From: an uncultured Bacteroides sp.
GTDB lineage: Bacteria > Bacillota > Clostridia > Christensenellales > CAG-917
Direction: 5' to 3'
Length of the DNA: 53,232 nt
NCBI GenBank assembly: GCA_964624745.1
Contig: CAZUZK010000006.1
Span: 1 to 53,232 of the forward strand
Within the stretch, counting starts at the first letter, position 1. Each line of letters begins with the position of its first letter. This document shows, in pieces, positions 37,240 through 45,865 of this stretch. Made by a program: the position numbers and the translations under genes. The notes beneath the pieces were generated by a model. It saw only the letters and a list, made by a program, of their open reading frames with translations, searched no databases and was not told the DNA's origin.

Positions 37240-39288
37240 ATGTTCGATAAAAAAAGTCTAAATACGCTTGAATATCCGAAGATACTAGCCGAGCTTTCCA
37301 AATTTGCGCAATCGCAAGGAGGAAAGAAAAAGGCTCTTTCCTTGACGCCCTTTGAAAGCGTTTCCGAGGCGCAGGACGCCTTGAACGAAACCGCGGAGGC
37401 GGATAAAGTGTTGTTTGAATATTCGTTGTCGCCGTCTTTTGCGGTGGACGATATAAGCGATATTTTGATAAAGGCGAAAAAGGGGGCTACGCTTGCGATT
37501 GGCGAAATATTGAAGGTCGGGCGCACTCTTCGCACGTCTAGAAGACTTAAAAAATCTATCCTGACGGTTAAAGATTGTCCTCTTCTTTACGATATGGCGT
37601 CAAGACTTTTTGACAACGAGCCGCTTGAAAATTCCGTCTTCGATTCCTTTTTGAGCGAAACGGAAGTAGCCGACAACGCTACGCCCGAATTGCGCCAAAT
37701 AAGAATACGCATTCGCAAGCTCAACGACAACGTAAAGACGAAATTGCAGTTGTTTATTACGTCTCCGCAATACTCGAAGTATTTGCAGGACAATATCATT
37801 ACGATGCGAGGGGACAGATACGTCATTCCCGTAAAAAGCGATTGCAAGGGAACTATCCCCGGTCTTGTACACGATCAATCCGCCTCCGGCTCTACGCTTT
37901 TTGTCGAGCCTATGCAAATCGTCGAACTGAACAACGAATTGAAGGTGGAGCTTGTCAACGAACAGCAGGAAATAGAACGCATTTTGCGCAATTTCTCCGC
38001 TTCGATACAAGGGTGCGCGGACAATATCGATTGGAGCTATCAGCTTGTTGTGGATATGGATATGATATTTGCAAAGGCACAGCTTGCAAGAGATTATAAG
38101 GCAATTCGTCCCGAGCTTAACGAAAAAGGAATTATCGATATAAGAGCGGGCAGACACCCGTTGATTGACGCAAGAAAGGTTGTTCCCGTATCGCTGGGAC
38201 TTGCCGAAAGCGACAAAATGCTTTTGATAACAGGTCCTAATACGGGCGGAAAAACCGTCACGCTTAAGCTTGTAGGACTGTTTACGCTTATGGCTATGAG
38301 CGGATTGTTTATACCTGCAAAACACGCGAATCTGTCGATTTTCGACGGCGTGTACAGCGATATAGGCGACGAGCAAAGCATCGAACAAAGCTTGTCTACA
38401 TTCTCGTCGCATATCAAAAATACAATTTCCATTCTCGATACGATGACTAGCAAATCTCTTGTTTTGTTTGACGAGCTTGGAGCAGGAACGGATCCCGGCG
38501 AGGGCGCGGCGCTTGCGGTCAGCATAGCCGAGCATCTTTTGAAGGTGGGCGCAAAATCCTTTATCACGTCGCATTTCAACGATTTGAAGGAATTTTCCTT
38601 GGTGACTCCGAACGTCGTTGCCGCTTCTATGGAATTTGACAGCGAAACGTTTTCGCCGACGTTTAAGCTTGTGATGGGGGCTATCGGCTCTTCAAACGCG
38701 CTGGCGATTGCTAAAAAGCTGGGGCTAAAGAACGAAATAGTGGAAAGCGCAAAGAGCAAAATTTCCGTAGAAAAACGTCAATTCGATAACGTTTTGACTG
38801 CCGCCGAGCAAACGAGAATGAAAGCCGCGGAGCTTGTAAACGAGGCGTCTATCGACAGAGAAAACGCCGCAAAAGCCCTAAAAGACGCCGAAAACGAGAA
38901 AAAACGTATTGCCGAAAAACGCGAAAAGCTTGACGAAAGCATCAGAAAAGAGACTAAACGTCTTATCGAAAACAGCGTCGAAGAAGCAAACGACGTGCTT
39001 GACAGAATAAAGGAAATTTTGAATAAGCCGCAAATCGAGGACAAAGATTTGTTTGACGCAAGAAAGCTGAAAAAACAGCTTGAAACTATGTCCGCACAAT
39101 ACGAGCAGGAAGCCGTCGTGGAAGACGAAAGGGACGATTCGCCCTTGAAAATCGGAGATAACGTATACGTTAAATCCTTGCAGAAAAAGGGTAAATTGAA
39201 GTCTATAAATAAGCGCGGCGAAGCGGAGGTTTCCTTTGGAAAACTAACGACAAAGGTCAAAAAAGACGATTACTACAAGGTGAAATAA
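37240..39288 (+). CDS. mutS2: MutS2-family protein lacking the C-terminal Smr domain
   Basis: N-terminus and ATPase core (GPNTGGKT, DELGAGTDP) match MutS2. The coiled-coil and KOW-like end (GDNVYVKSLQKKGKL...) is followed directly by a stop codon. 682 aa versus about 780 aa for typical MutS2. Confidence 0.85.
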   Translation: MFDKKSLNTLEYPKILAELSKFAQSQGGKKKALSLTPFESVSEAQDALNETAEADKVLFEYSLSPSFAVDDISDILIKAKKGATLAIGEILKVGRTLRTSRRLKKSILTVKDCPLLYDMASRLFDNEPLENSVFDSFLSETEVADNATPELRQIRIRIRKLNDNVKTKLQLFITSPQYSKYLQDNIITMRGDRYVIPVKSDCKGTIPGLVHDQSASGSTLFVEPMQIVELNNELKVELVNEQQEIERILRNFSASIQGCADNIDWSYQLVVDMDMIFAKAQLARDYKAIRPELNEKGIIDIRAGRHPLIDARKVVPVSLGLAESDKMLLITGPNTGGKTVTLKLVGLFTLMAMSGLFIPAKHANLSIFDGVYSDIGDEQSIEQSLSTFSSHIKNTISILDTMTSKSLVLFDELGAGTDPGEGAALAVSIAEHLLKVGAKSFITSHFNDLKEFSLVTPNVVAASMEFDSETFSPTFKLVMGAIGSSNALAIAKKLGLKNEIVESAKSKISVEKRQFDNVLTAAEQTRMKAAELVNEASIDRENAAKALKDAENEKKRIAEKREKLDESIRKETKRLIENSVEEANDVLDRIKEILNKPQIEDKDLFDARKLKKQLETMSAQYEQEAVVEDERDDSPLKIGDNVYVKSLQKKGKLKSINKRGEAEVSFGKLTTKVKKDDYYKVK

Positions 39289-39792
39289 ATGACGGACAAT
39301 TATAGTCAGGCGGTCGATATTTTAATTGAGCGAGGAGCGCGCAGATTGCAGTGGATAGGCATTTTTGCAGTGCTGTTTTCTCTCGGCTTTGTCATGATTT
39401 CGATTTTCTATAATTGGCTCTTCATGATTGCGTTTGCGCTTGTGCTTGCAATAGGCATAGTCTGCATATACAAATATAATCGCCTTGCAAAGGAATATAT
39501 ATACGAGTTTTCAAAAACCTGCCTTACCTTTGTGAAAAAGGACGTCGTAAACAGACAAAGCGTCGTTTGTCGAGTGGCATATACGGACGTAAAGGCGTTC
39601 GAGATTATGAACGAGGGCTATTTTGAAAACGACAATACGAGGCTTTATTGCTCAAAGGCTTACGATATGGGCGTGTACCAGCTACGCGTTGACGTAGAGG
39701 GAAAGGAAATGAAAATTCTGTTTGCGCCCGACGATTACATGATTGCGCTGATAAACGAAGCGATAAAAGAAAATACCGCGATAGAAGCTTGA
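39289..39792 (+). CDS. Hypothetical 2-TM membrane protein, translationally adjacent to mutS2
   Basis: The ATG directly abuts the mutS2 TAA. Two TM helices are followed by a ~90-aa soluble domain. I recognise no motif. Confidence 0.55.
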   Translation: MTDNYSQAVDILIERGARRLQWIGIFAVLFSLGFVMISIFYNWLFMIAFALVLAIGIVCIYKYNRLAKEYIYEFSKTCLTFVKKDVVNRQSVVCRVAYTDVKAFEIMNEGYFENDNTRLYCSKAYDMGVYQLRVDVEGKEMKILFAPDDYMIALINEAIKENTAIEA

Positions 39793-39796
39793 AAAT

Positions 39797-40942
39797 ATGA
39801 AAAAAACGATATATCTTGACAACGCCGCGACGACAAGGATTTATCCCGAAGTCGCCGACATAATACGCGAAGAAAGTCTTAACGACTACTTTAATCCCTC
39901 CGCATTATATAAGCCGTCGGTTGCGCTTACCGCAAAGCTTAAGCAAGCAAGAAGCGATATAAGCAACGCGCTTCGCGCTCCGGAGGGGGATTTGTATTTC
40001 CTTTCGGGAGGTACGGAGGCGGATAATACCGCGCTGTTTTGCACCGTAAAACCAAAGGGGAGCAGAGTTATAGTCGGGCTTGGCGAACACGACGCAATTA
40101 TGAACGGCGCAAATCAGCTTGCACAACAAGGCTTTGACGTCAAATATGCGCCCATCGATAAGAACGGTAGGGTTGACGTAGAGGAATTTGAAAAGCTTTT
40201 GAGCGAGGACGTATCACTTGTGTCCGTTATGCACGTCAGCAACGAAACGGGCGCGATTAACGATATTGCAAGGCTCGTTAAGCTTACGAAAAAGCATTCT
40301 CCGAACGCTATATTCCATAGCGACGGCGTTCAAGCTTTCGGAAAAATCAAGGTCAATCTGCGCGCGCTGGGCGTAGATTTGTATACGATTTCCGCACACA
40401 AAATTCACGGACCGAAGGGTATAGGCGCATTGTTCGTAAAAAAAGGCACGCACATAAAGCCGTTGCTTTACGGCGGTGGACAGGAAAAAGGCTTCCGTTC
40501 GGGCACGGAAAACGCGCCGTCGATTATCGGATTTGCACAGGCAGTGAAGACTTGTTTTGCAAATTTCGATAACTACTATTCTAAAAAAACGGCTTTTAGA
40601 GACGTCTTATTGAGTAAAATCAATGAAAATATCCCCGACACGACGATTATTTCGCCGAATGCCGATTTTGCCCCCAACATTTTGACAGTCGCGTTCAAGG
40701 ACGTGCGCGGAGAGGTTTTGCTGCACGATATAGAGGACGACGGCATTTTGGTGGGAATAGGCTCGGCTTGCTCGAGCCATCACGAAAGTAGATTCAAAAC
40801 TCTGCTCGGACTTGACGATGAGCATAGGGACGGCATCATTCGCTTCAGCTTTTCATACGAAAACGATATAAGCGATATAGATTTTGTGGTTGACAAAATC
40901 AAAAACAGCCTTGATAAGCTGGCAAATTACAAAAGAATATAA
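39797..40942 (+). CDS. nifZ: Cysteine desulfurase (class V aminotransferase, NifZ/IscS-like partner of ThiI)
   Basis: PLP-lysine motif SAHKIHGPKG and active-site loop GSACSS. Immediately upstream of thiI, as in the B. subtilis nifZ-thiI pair. Confidence 0.85.
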   Translation: MKKTIYLDNAATTRIYPEVADIIREESLNDYFNPSALYKPSVALTAKLKQARSDISNALRAPEGDLYFLSGGTEADNTALFCTVKPKGSRVIVGLGEHDAIMNGANQLAQQGFDVKYAPIDKNGRVDVEEFEKLLSEDVSLVSVMHVSNETGAINDIARLVKLTKKHSPNAIFHSDGVQAFGKIKVNLRALGVDLYTISAHKIHGPKGIGALFVKKGTHIKPLLYGGGQEKGFRSGTENAPSIIGFAQAVKTCFANFDNYYSKKTAFRDVLLSKINENIPDTTIISPNADFAPNILTVAFKDVRGEVLLHDIEDDGILVGIGSACSSHHESRFKTLLGLDDEHRDGIIRFSFSYENDISDIDFVVDKIKNSLDKLANYKRI

Positions 40943-40959
40943 AGTATATAAGGATAAAT

Positions 40960-42138
40960 ATGGACAGAGTTATTATTATACGCTACGGCGAAATCTTCTT
41001 AAAGGGCAAAAACCGCGACTATTTCGAGAGTTTGCTGATAAAAAATATCAAGCACGCGCTTGATGGCTTGAACTTTGAGTTTACGCGCTCGCAAGGCAGA
41101 TATTTTGTCGAGGGCTACGATTGCGACGACGAGGAGGAAATAATCGACCGCTTGAAAAAGGTGTTTGGAATTTACTCGATTTCGCCTGCGTTCAGAGTGG
41201 AAACAAGGTACGAGGAGGGCTTTTGCGATATTAAGGAGTGCTTGAAGGCTCTTGCGGTGCAAGCGGAAGAAGATTGCGTGTTGAAGGCTCCGAAATTCCG
41301 CGTGACGGTGAAGCGCGCAGATAAGAGAATACCCAAGGCTTCCTTTGAAATCGCGGGCGAGCTTGGCGGTATCGTGCTTAAAAACACGCATTTTAGCGTG
41401 GATTTGAAGAATTTTGACTACGATTTTCTCGTTGACATAAGAGAAAACGGCTATTCGTTTGTGTTCAGCGAGGTTATTAGCGGCGCGGGCGGGCTTCCCG
41501 TAGGCTGTTCGAGCAAGGGGCTTATGCTTCTTTCGGGCGGTATCGATTCTCCCGTCGCGGCTTATATGATGGCAAAACGCGGTATGAAGCTTTGCGCAAT
41601 ACATTTCTGCTCGCCGCCGTATACGTCGGAAAGGGCAAAGCAAAAGGTGGTTGAACTTCGCGATATAGTGAGCAAATACACGACGGAAATGAAGCTGTAC
41701 GTCGTGCCGTTTACCGAAATCCAAACGGAAATTCATAAAAATTGTCCTGCCGAATTTATGATTACGATTATGCGCAGATTTATGATGCGTATCGCTACAA
41801 TCGTCGCAAACAAAACGGAATGTAAGGCGATAATTACCGGCGAAAGCCTCGGACAAGTCGCATCTCAAACCGTTGAAAGCATGACATCGACGGAGGATTG
41901 CGCAGGGCTTCCGATATTCCGTCCGCTCGTCGCATTCGATAAAGAGGAAACTATGAAGCTTGCAAGAAAAATCGGAACGTACGAGACCTCGATAGAGCCT
42001 TTTGAGGATTGCTGTACGATTTTCTTACCCAAAAATCCGTCTATTCATCCGCGCCTTGAAAGAGTGCGCGAGGCGGAAAAGGCAATGGATATCGACGCGC
42101 TCGTTCAAAGAGCAATTGACGGAATCGAAATTATATAA
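40960..42138 (+). CDS. thiI: tRNA 4-thiouridine(8) synthase
   Basis: THUMP domain plus PP-loop SGGIDSPVAAY. Confidence 0.92.
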   Translation: MDRVIIIRYGEIFLKGKNRDYFESLLIKNIKHALDGLNFEFTRSQGRYFVEGYDCDDEEEIIDRLKKVFGIYSISPAFRVETRYEEGFCDIKECLKALAVQAEEDCVLKAPKFRVTVKRADKRIPKASFEIAGELGGIVLKNTHFSVDLKNFDYDFLVDIRENGYSFVFSEVISGAGGLPVGCSSKGLMLLSGGIDSPVAAYMMAKRGMKLCAIHFCSPPYTSERAKQKVVELRDIVSKYTTEMKLYVVPFTEIQTEIHKNCPAEFMITIMRRFMMRIATIVANKTECKAIITGESLGQVASQTVESMTSTEDCAGLPIFRPLVAFDKEETMKLARKIGTYETSIEPFEDCCTIFLPKNPSIHPRLERVREAEKAMDIDALVQRAIDGIEII

Positions 42139-42143
42139 AAAGG

Positions 42144-44414
42144 TTATTCAAGGCTTATATCGTCAACGAAAACGCTCTTCGTTGACGATATTTTTATTGT
42201 CGGATTGCACTCGATAAAACATTCCAAACGATAGGTTACGACATCAAAAAAGAAAGGGGAGTCGTCTATTATCTTGTATTTGCCCTCCGAGCCGTAAACG
42301 CAAGTCAATTCCTTTTCGCCAAAAAGGTCGCTTCTGTATAATCGGTAGACGTATATGTCCTGCGCGTCGAAAGAAAGCTCGACGCTTGTCAAGTTTTTTT
42401 CAAGCTCAAAGGCGCACGCGCTGTCGGGAATTTGCTCGAACACGGAGGATAATTCAAACGTTTGATTTTTGGCGAAAAGCTCGCTTTTTCGATATTCTAA
42501 AGGGGTATGCTCGCTTGCTAGCGTTACGCATTTATTCCTTGAGGTGGCGTATAAATCGACGTCTAGACGCGTTACGTCGGCACTTTTCTCGATACGCTCC
42601 GAAAAGGCGGATTTCGCACTTAAACGCTTCCATAATTCCGCGGACTGCTTGGTCGGATAGCCACCGCCTTTTTCGGTCATGCCGTTGTCGCTACCGTGCC
42701 ATACTACCATTGCATAGCGAGAATTGTAACTTGCGCACCAGGCGTCGGAATTTTTCTTGTCCGATCGCTCCGCCGTACCTGTTTTGGCGGCGATTTCAAA
42801 GGGAAGAACGGATAGCGAACGCGCCGTACCGTCCTTTACCGCGTCTAAAAGCGCATCGGTAATTATGCTTGCCGTTGAGGCTGACAATACGCGTTTTTCT
42901 ATCTTCGGCGTTTCATAAATCTTTCTGCCGTCCTTTACGACGTATTTAACGAATCCGCCGTCCTTATACGTTCCGTCTTTCAGGCTCGAATATGCTTTTG
43001 CAATTTCGACAGGGGATACGCCCTTTGCCGTCGCGCCTAATGCTAATGCGTAATTTCGGTCATCTAACGAGGTATTTATGCCAAAATCGGCAAGGTACCG
43101 CGCGCTTTTGTCCGTGCCCAAATAGCTTAAGGTTTTCACGGCTACGACGTTCATGGACTTTTTTATGCCTTCGCGTATCGTGGTTTCTCCGTAGTATTTG
43201 TCCGAATGGTTCTTGGGCGAATAACCGTTGAAATCGGTCGGCTCGTCGATTATCGGCGTGGCTAAATTTACGACGTTTTCGTTTATCGCCGGGGCATATA
43301 CCGCTAGCGGCTTCAGCACGGAGCCTGCTTGGCGCAAGGGAATGTACGAAAGCTTCGACCACAGCGCGATTATATCGCCGTTTTCATCACAAAGAACTAT
43401 CGCGCCGTCTACGTCGTCGCTTTCGTAATAGGCACTGCTTTCTCCCACAAGCGAAAGCTCGCGCTGAAGGGGAAGACGCAGATTTGTGTATATCTTATAG
43501 CCCGAATTGTCAAGCTGATATTGGGTGATATTAAGCTCTCGGCACACCTGCTTCGAGGCTTGCTTTAGGTATAAATCATAGCCGAAATCGTCCTTTTTCG
43601 TCGGTAAATCCCTAGACGAAATCAGCGGCGACGAGCAAGAGTTTTTATATTCCTCCGATGAGATAACGCCATTGTTCAGCATCACCTTTAGGACTAGATT
43701 TCTGCGCGCTACGCAATCGCTTTTATCTGCAAAAGGCGAGTATTTAGATGGATTTTTCACTATTCCTGCAAGCGTTGCGCATTCTTGAAGCGTAAGCTCG
43801 TTTACGCTTTTTGCAAAGTAAAGCTTCGAGGCTTGCTTGACTCCGTACGCGCCGTTGCCAAAGTATATGACCGAAAGATACATAGCAAGAATTTCGTCCT
43901 TGGAATATTCCTTTTCAAGCTTTGCAGAGATTGCGATTTCCTTTAATTTCCGCTTTAGCGTGCGCTCGTGGCTTAAATGCGTGTTTTTGACAAGCTGTTG
44001 AGTTATCGTCGAGGCTCCTTCCTTTACCGAGCCTGACTTCAAATTGTTGATAAGCGCGCCGCACATACGCACTACGTCGTAGCCATTGTGAGAATAAAAA
44101 CGCTTGTCTTCAAGAGATACAAAGGCGTTTTTCAAATCGTCGGGAACCTCTAAAATCGATACGTAATCGTCGTCGGCATAGTCTAGCTTGTTGCCGTCCG
44201 CATCGTAAAACGTTGCGACTGCCGTGCCTTTTGGCAATAAGGACGCATCTACCTCTACGCCTTGCGCCCATATTGCGTAGCCGCCTATCGCCAGCGAGGC
44301 GAGCAATATAGGGAGAAGAAGGGCAACAAGCAAGCACGTGCATATTATTTTTTTGCGTTTTGCGCGTTTTTCCTCTTTTGGCGAAAGATTTTTCAAATTG
44401 GATTTGTTTTTCAT
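42144..44414 (-). CDS. Class A penicillin-binding protein (glycosyltransferase + transpeptidase)
   Basis: GT51 motifs EDKRFYSHNGYD and RKLKE, transpeptidase motifs SVLKP (SxxK) and KTGT, and an N-terminal TM anchor. The ATG at 44414 is preferred, because the GTG at 44498 would abut the miaB start. Confidence 0.9.
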   Translation of the reverse strand: MKNKSNLKNLSPKEEKRAKRKKIICTCLLVALLLPILLASLAIGGYAIWAQGVEVDASLLPKGTAVATFYDADGNKLDYADDDYVSILEVPDDLKNAFVSLEDKRFYSHNGYDVVRMCGALINNLKSGSVKEGASTITQQLVKNTHLSHERTLKRKLKEIAISAKLEKEYSKDEILAMYLSVIYFGNGAYGVKQASKLYFAKSVNELTLQECATLAGIVKNPSKYSPFADKSDCVARRNLVLKVMLNNGVISSEEYKNSCSSPLISSRDLPTKKDDFGYDLYLKQASKQVCRELNITQYQLDNSGYKIYTNLRLPLQRELSLVGESSAYYESDDVDGAIVLCDENGDIIALWSKLSYIPLRQAGSVLKPLAVYAPAINENVVNLATPIIDEPTDFNGYSPKNHSDKYYGETTIREGIKKSMNVVAVKTLSYLGTDKSARYLADFGINTSLDDRNYALALGATAKGVSPVEIAKAYSSLKDGTYKDGGFVKYVVKDGRKIYETPKIEKRVLSASTASIITDALLDAVKDGTARSLSVLPFEIAAKTGTAERSDKKNSDAWCASYNSRYAMVVWHGSDNGMTEKGGGYPTKQSAELWKRLSAKSAFSERIEKSADVTRLDVDLYATSRNKCVTLASEHTPLEYRKSELFAKNQTFELSSVFEQIPDSACAFELEKNLTSVELSFDAQDIYVYRLYRSDLFGEKELTCVYGSEGKYKIIDDSPFFFDVVTYRLECFIECNPTIKISSTKSVFVDDISLE
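42161..42196 (+). terminator. Intrinsic terminator for thiI, embedded in the 3' end of the convergent PBP gene
   Basis: CGTCAACGAA-aacgctc-TTCGTTGACG (10 bp) followed by ATATTTTTATT. Confidence 0.6.
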
Positions 44415-44425
44415 TGAATTTATTA

Positions 44426-44454
44426 TTGTTTTATCCCTAAATTTTATGTATAAT
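44426..44454 (+). promoter_or_regulatory. Candidate sigma-A promoter of miaB-mutS-mutL-miaA
   Basis: TTGTTT (44426-31), 17-nt spacer, TATAAT (44449-54). Confidence 0.35.
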
Positions 44455-44500
44455 GTATTTTTGAGAAAGAACGTGCGCGAGCGCGCATATATGGACACTG

Positions 44501-45865
44501 ATGAATAAATATTATAAAATAAACACCTACGGGTGCCAAATGAACGTTCACGAAAGCGAAAAAATCGCAGGTATTCTAGAGAAAATGGGGTACGTCGATT
44601 GCCCCGACGGAGAGGCTGCGGACGTTATCGTTTTCAATACCTGCTGCATAAGAGATACCGCAGAAAGACGCGCTCTTGGCAATATCGGCGTGACTAAAGC
44701 GGAAAAGAAAAGAAATCCCGACCTTATTTTGGCGGTTGTCGGGTGTATGCCGCAGCAGGACGGCGCGTGCGAAAGCATAAAGGAAAAATATCCCTACGTG
44801 GATATAGTGCTCGGCACAAGAAATATCTCCGCTCTCGAAAATGAAATTCAAAAGGTTTTGAGCGCACGTGCGAAAATCAGAAAAAGAAGCGATAAAAAAT
44901 ATCGCTGCTTCGACGTCGAACAACCCGTCAACTATCTTGAAATCGACGAGAATACTCCGCAAACGAGAACAAGCTTTCCGAATGCTTGGATAAATATCAT
45001 TTACGGCTGCAACAATTTTTGCACGTACTGCATAGTGCCGTACGTGAGAGGCAGAGAGGTTTCAAGAGATATGCAAAGCGTGCTTAACGAGGTGAGAAGC
45101 TGCGTTGAGCAAGGGTATAAGGAAATTACGTTGCTTGGACAAAACGTCAATTCTTACGGGAACGACATCGCCGACGAAAACGTGAATTTTGCGACGCTTT
45201 TGCGCGAAATCGATAAAATCGAAGGGAAATTCCGCGTCAGATTTATGACGTCGCACCCCAAGGATTTGAACGACGATATAATCGACGCGATGGCTACGTC
45301 GAGCAAGATATGCAACAATTTGCATTTGCCCGTGCAAGCAGGCTCAAACAAGGTGCTAGCCAATATGAACAGACGCTACGACAGTGAAAAATATCTCGGC
45401 TTGATCGAAAAACTGCGCGAGCGTATGCCGGATATAGGAATTACCACCGATATTATGGTGGGCTTCCCGACCGAGACGGAAGAGGATTTTCTCGATACGA
45501 TGAGGCTTGTGGAAAAGGTGAGATATTCAAACGCCTTTACCTTTATCTACTCTCCAAGAAAAGGTACTCCCGCGGCAAAAGCCGAGCAAATTCCGTACGC
45601 GGTGAAGCAAGAGCGTATATCTCGTCTTATTAAGCTGCAAAACAAAATCACCAAGGAAATTTCCGAAACGTATATAAACGGCGTGTTCGAGGTGCTGTGC
45701 GAGGACGTCGCGCCTAAACACGAGGGTATGGTTGTCGGCAGAACCGAAAGCGGACGTCTTGTGACGTTCGACGGCAAGAAAGAGGATATAGGCAAATTCT
45801 TTAACGTGAGAATTACCGAATCGAAATCCGCGTCGCTGTTCGGCAAAAAGGAGGAAGAGCTTTGA
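44501..45865 (+). CDS. miaB: tRNA-2-methylthio-N6-dimethylallyladenosine synthase
   Basis: UPF0004 N-domain (TYGCQMN), radical-SAM motif CNNFCTYC, and a TRAM domain. Confidence 0.93.
   Translation: MNKYYKINTYGCQMNVHESEKIAGILEKMGYVDCPDGEAADVIVFNTCCIRDTAERRALGNIGVTKAEKKRNPDLILAVVGCMPQQDGACESIKEKYPYVDIVLGTRNISALENEIQKVLSARAKIRKRSDKKYRCFDVEQPVNYLEIDENTPQTRTSFPNAWINIIYGCNNFCTYCIVPYVRGREVSRDMQSVLNEVRSCVEQGYKEITLLGQNVNSYGNDIADENVNFATLLREIDKIEGKFRVRFMTSHPKDLNDDIIDAMATSSKICNNLHLPVQAGSNKVLANMNRRYDSEKYLGLIEKLRERMPDIGITTDIMVGFPTETEEDFLDTMRLVEKVRYSNAFTFIYSPRKGTPAAKAEQIPYAVKQERISRLIKLQNKITKEISETYINGVFEVLCEDVAPKHEGMVVGRTESGRLVTFDGKKEDIGKFFNVRITESKSASLFGKKEEEL

Noticed and set aside
44415-44498. ORF-track start (GTG at 44498) for the PBP gene, adding 28 N-terminal residues
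   Set aside because: It would place the start codon 2 nt from the divergent miaB ATG, leaving no room for either promoter. The ATG at 44414 gives the usual short cytoplasmic tail followed by the TM anchor.
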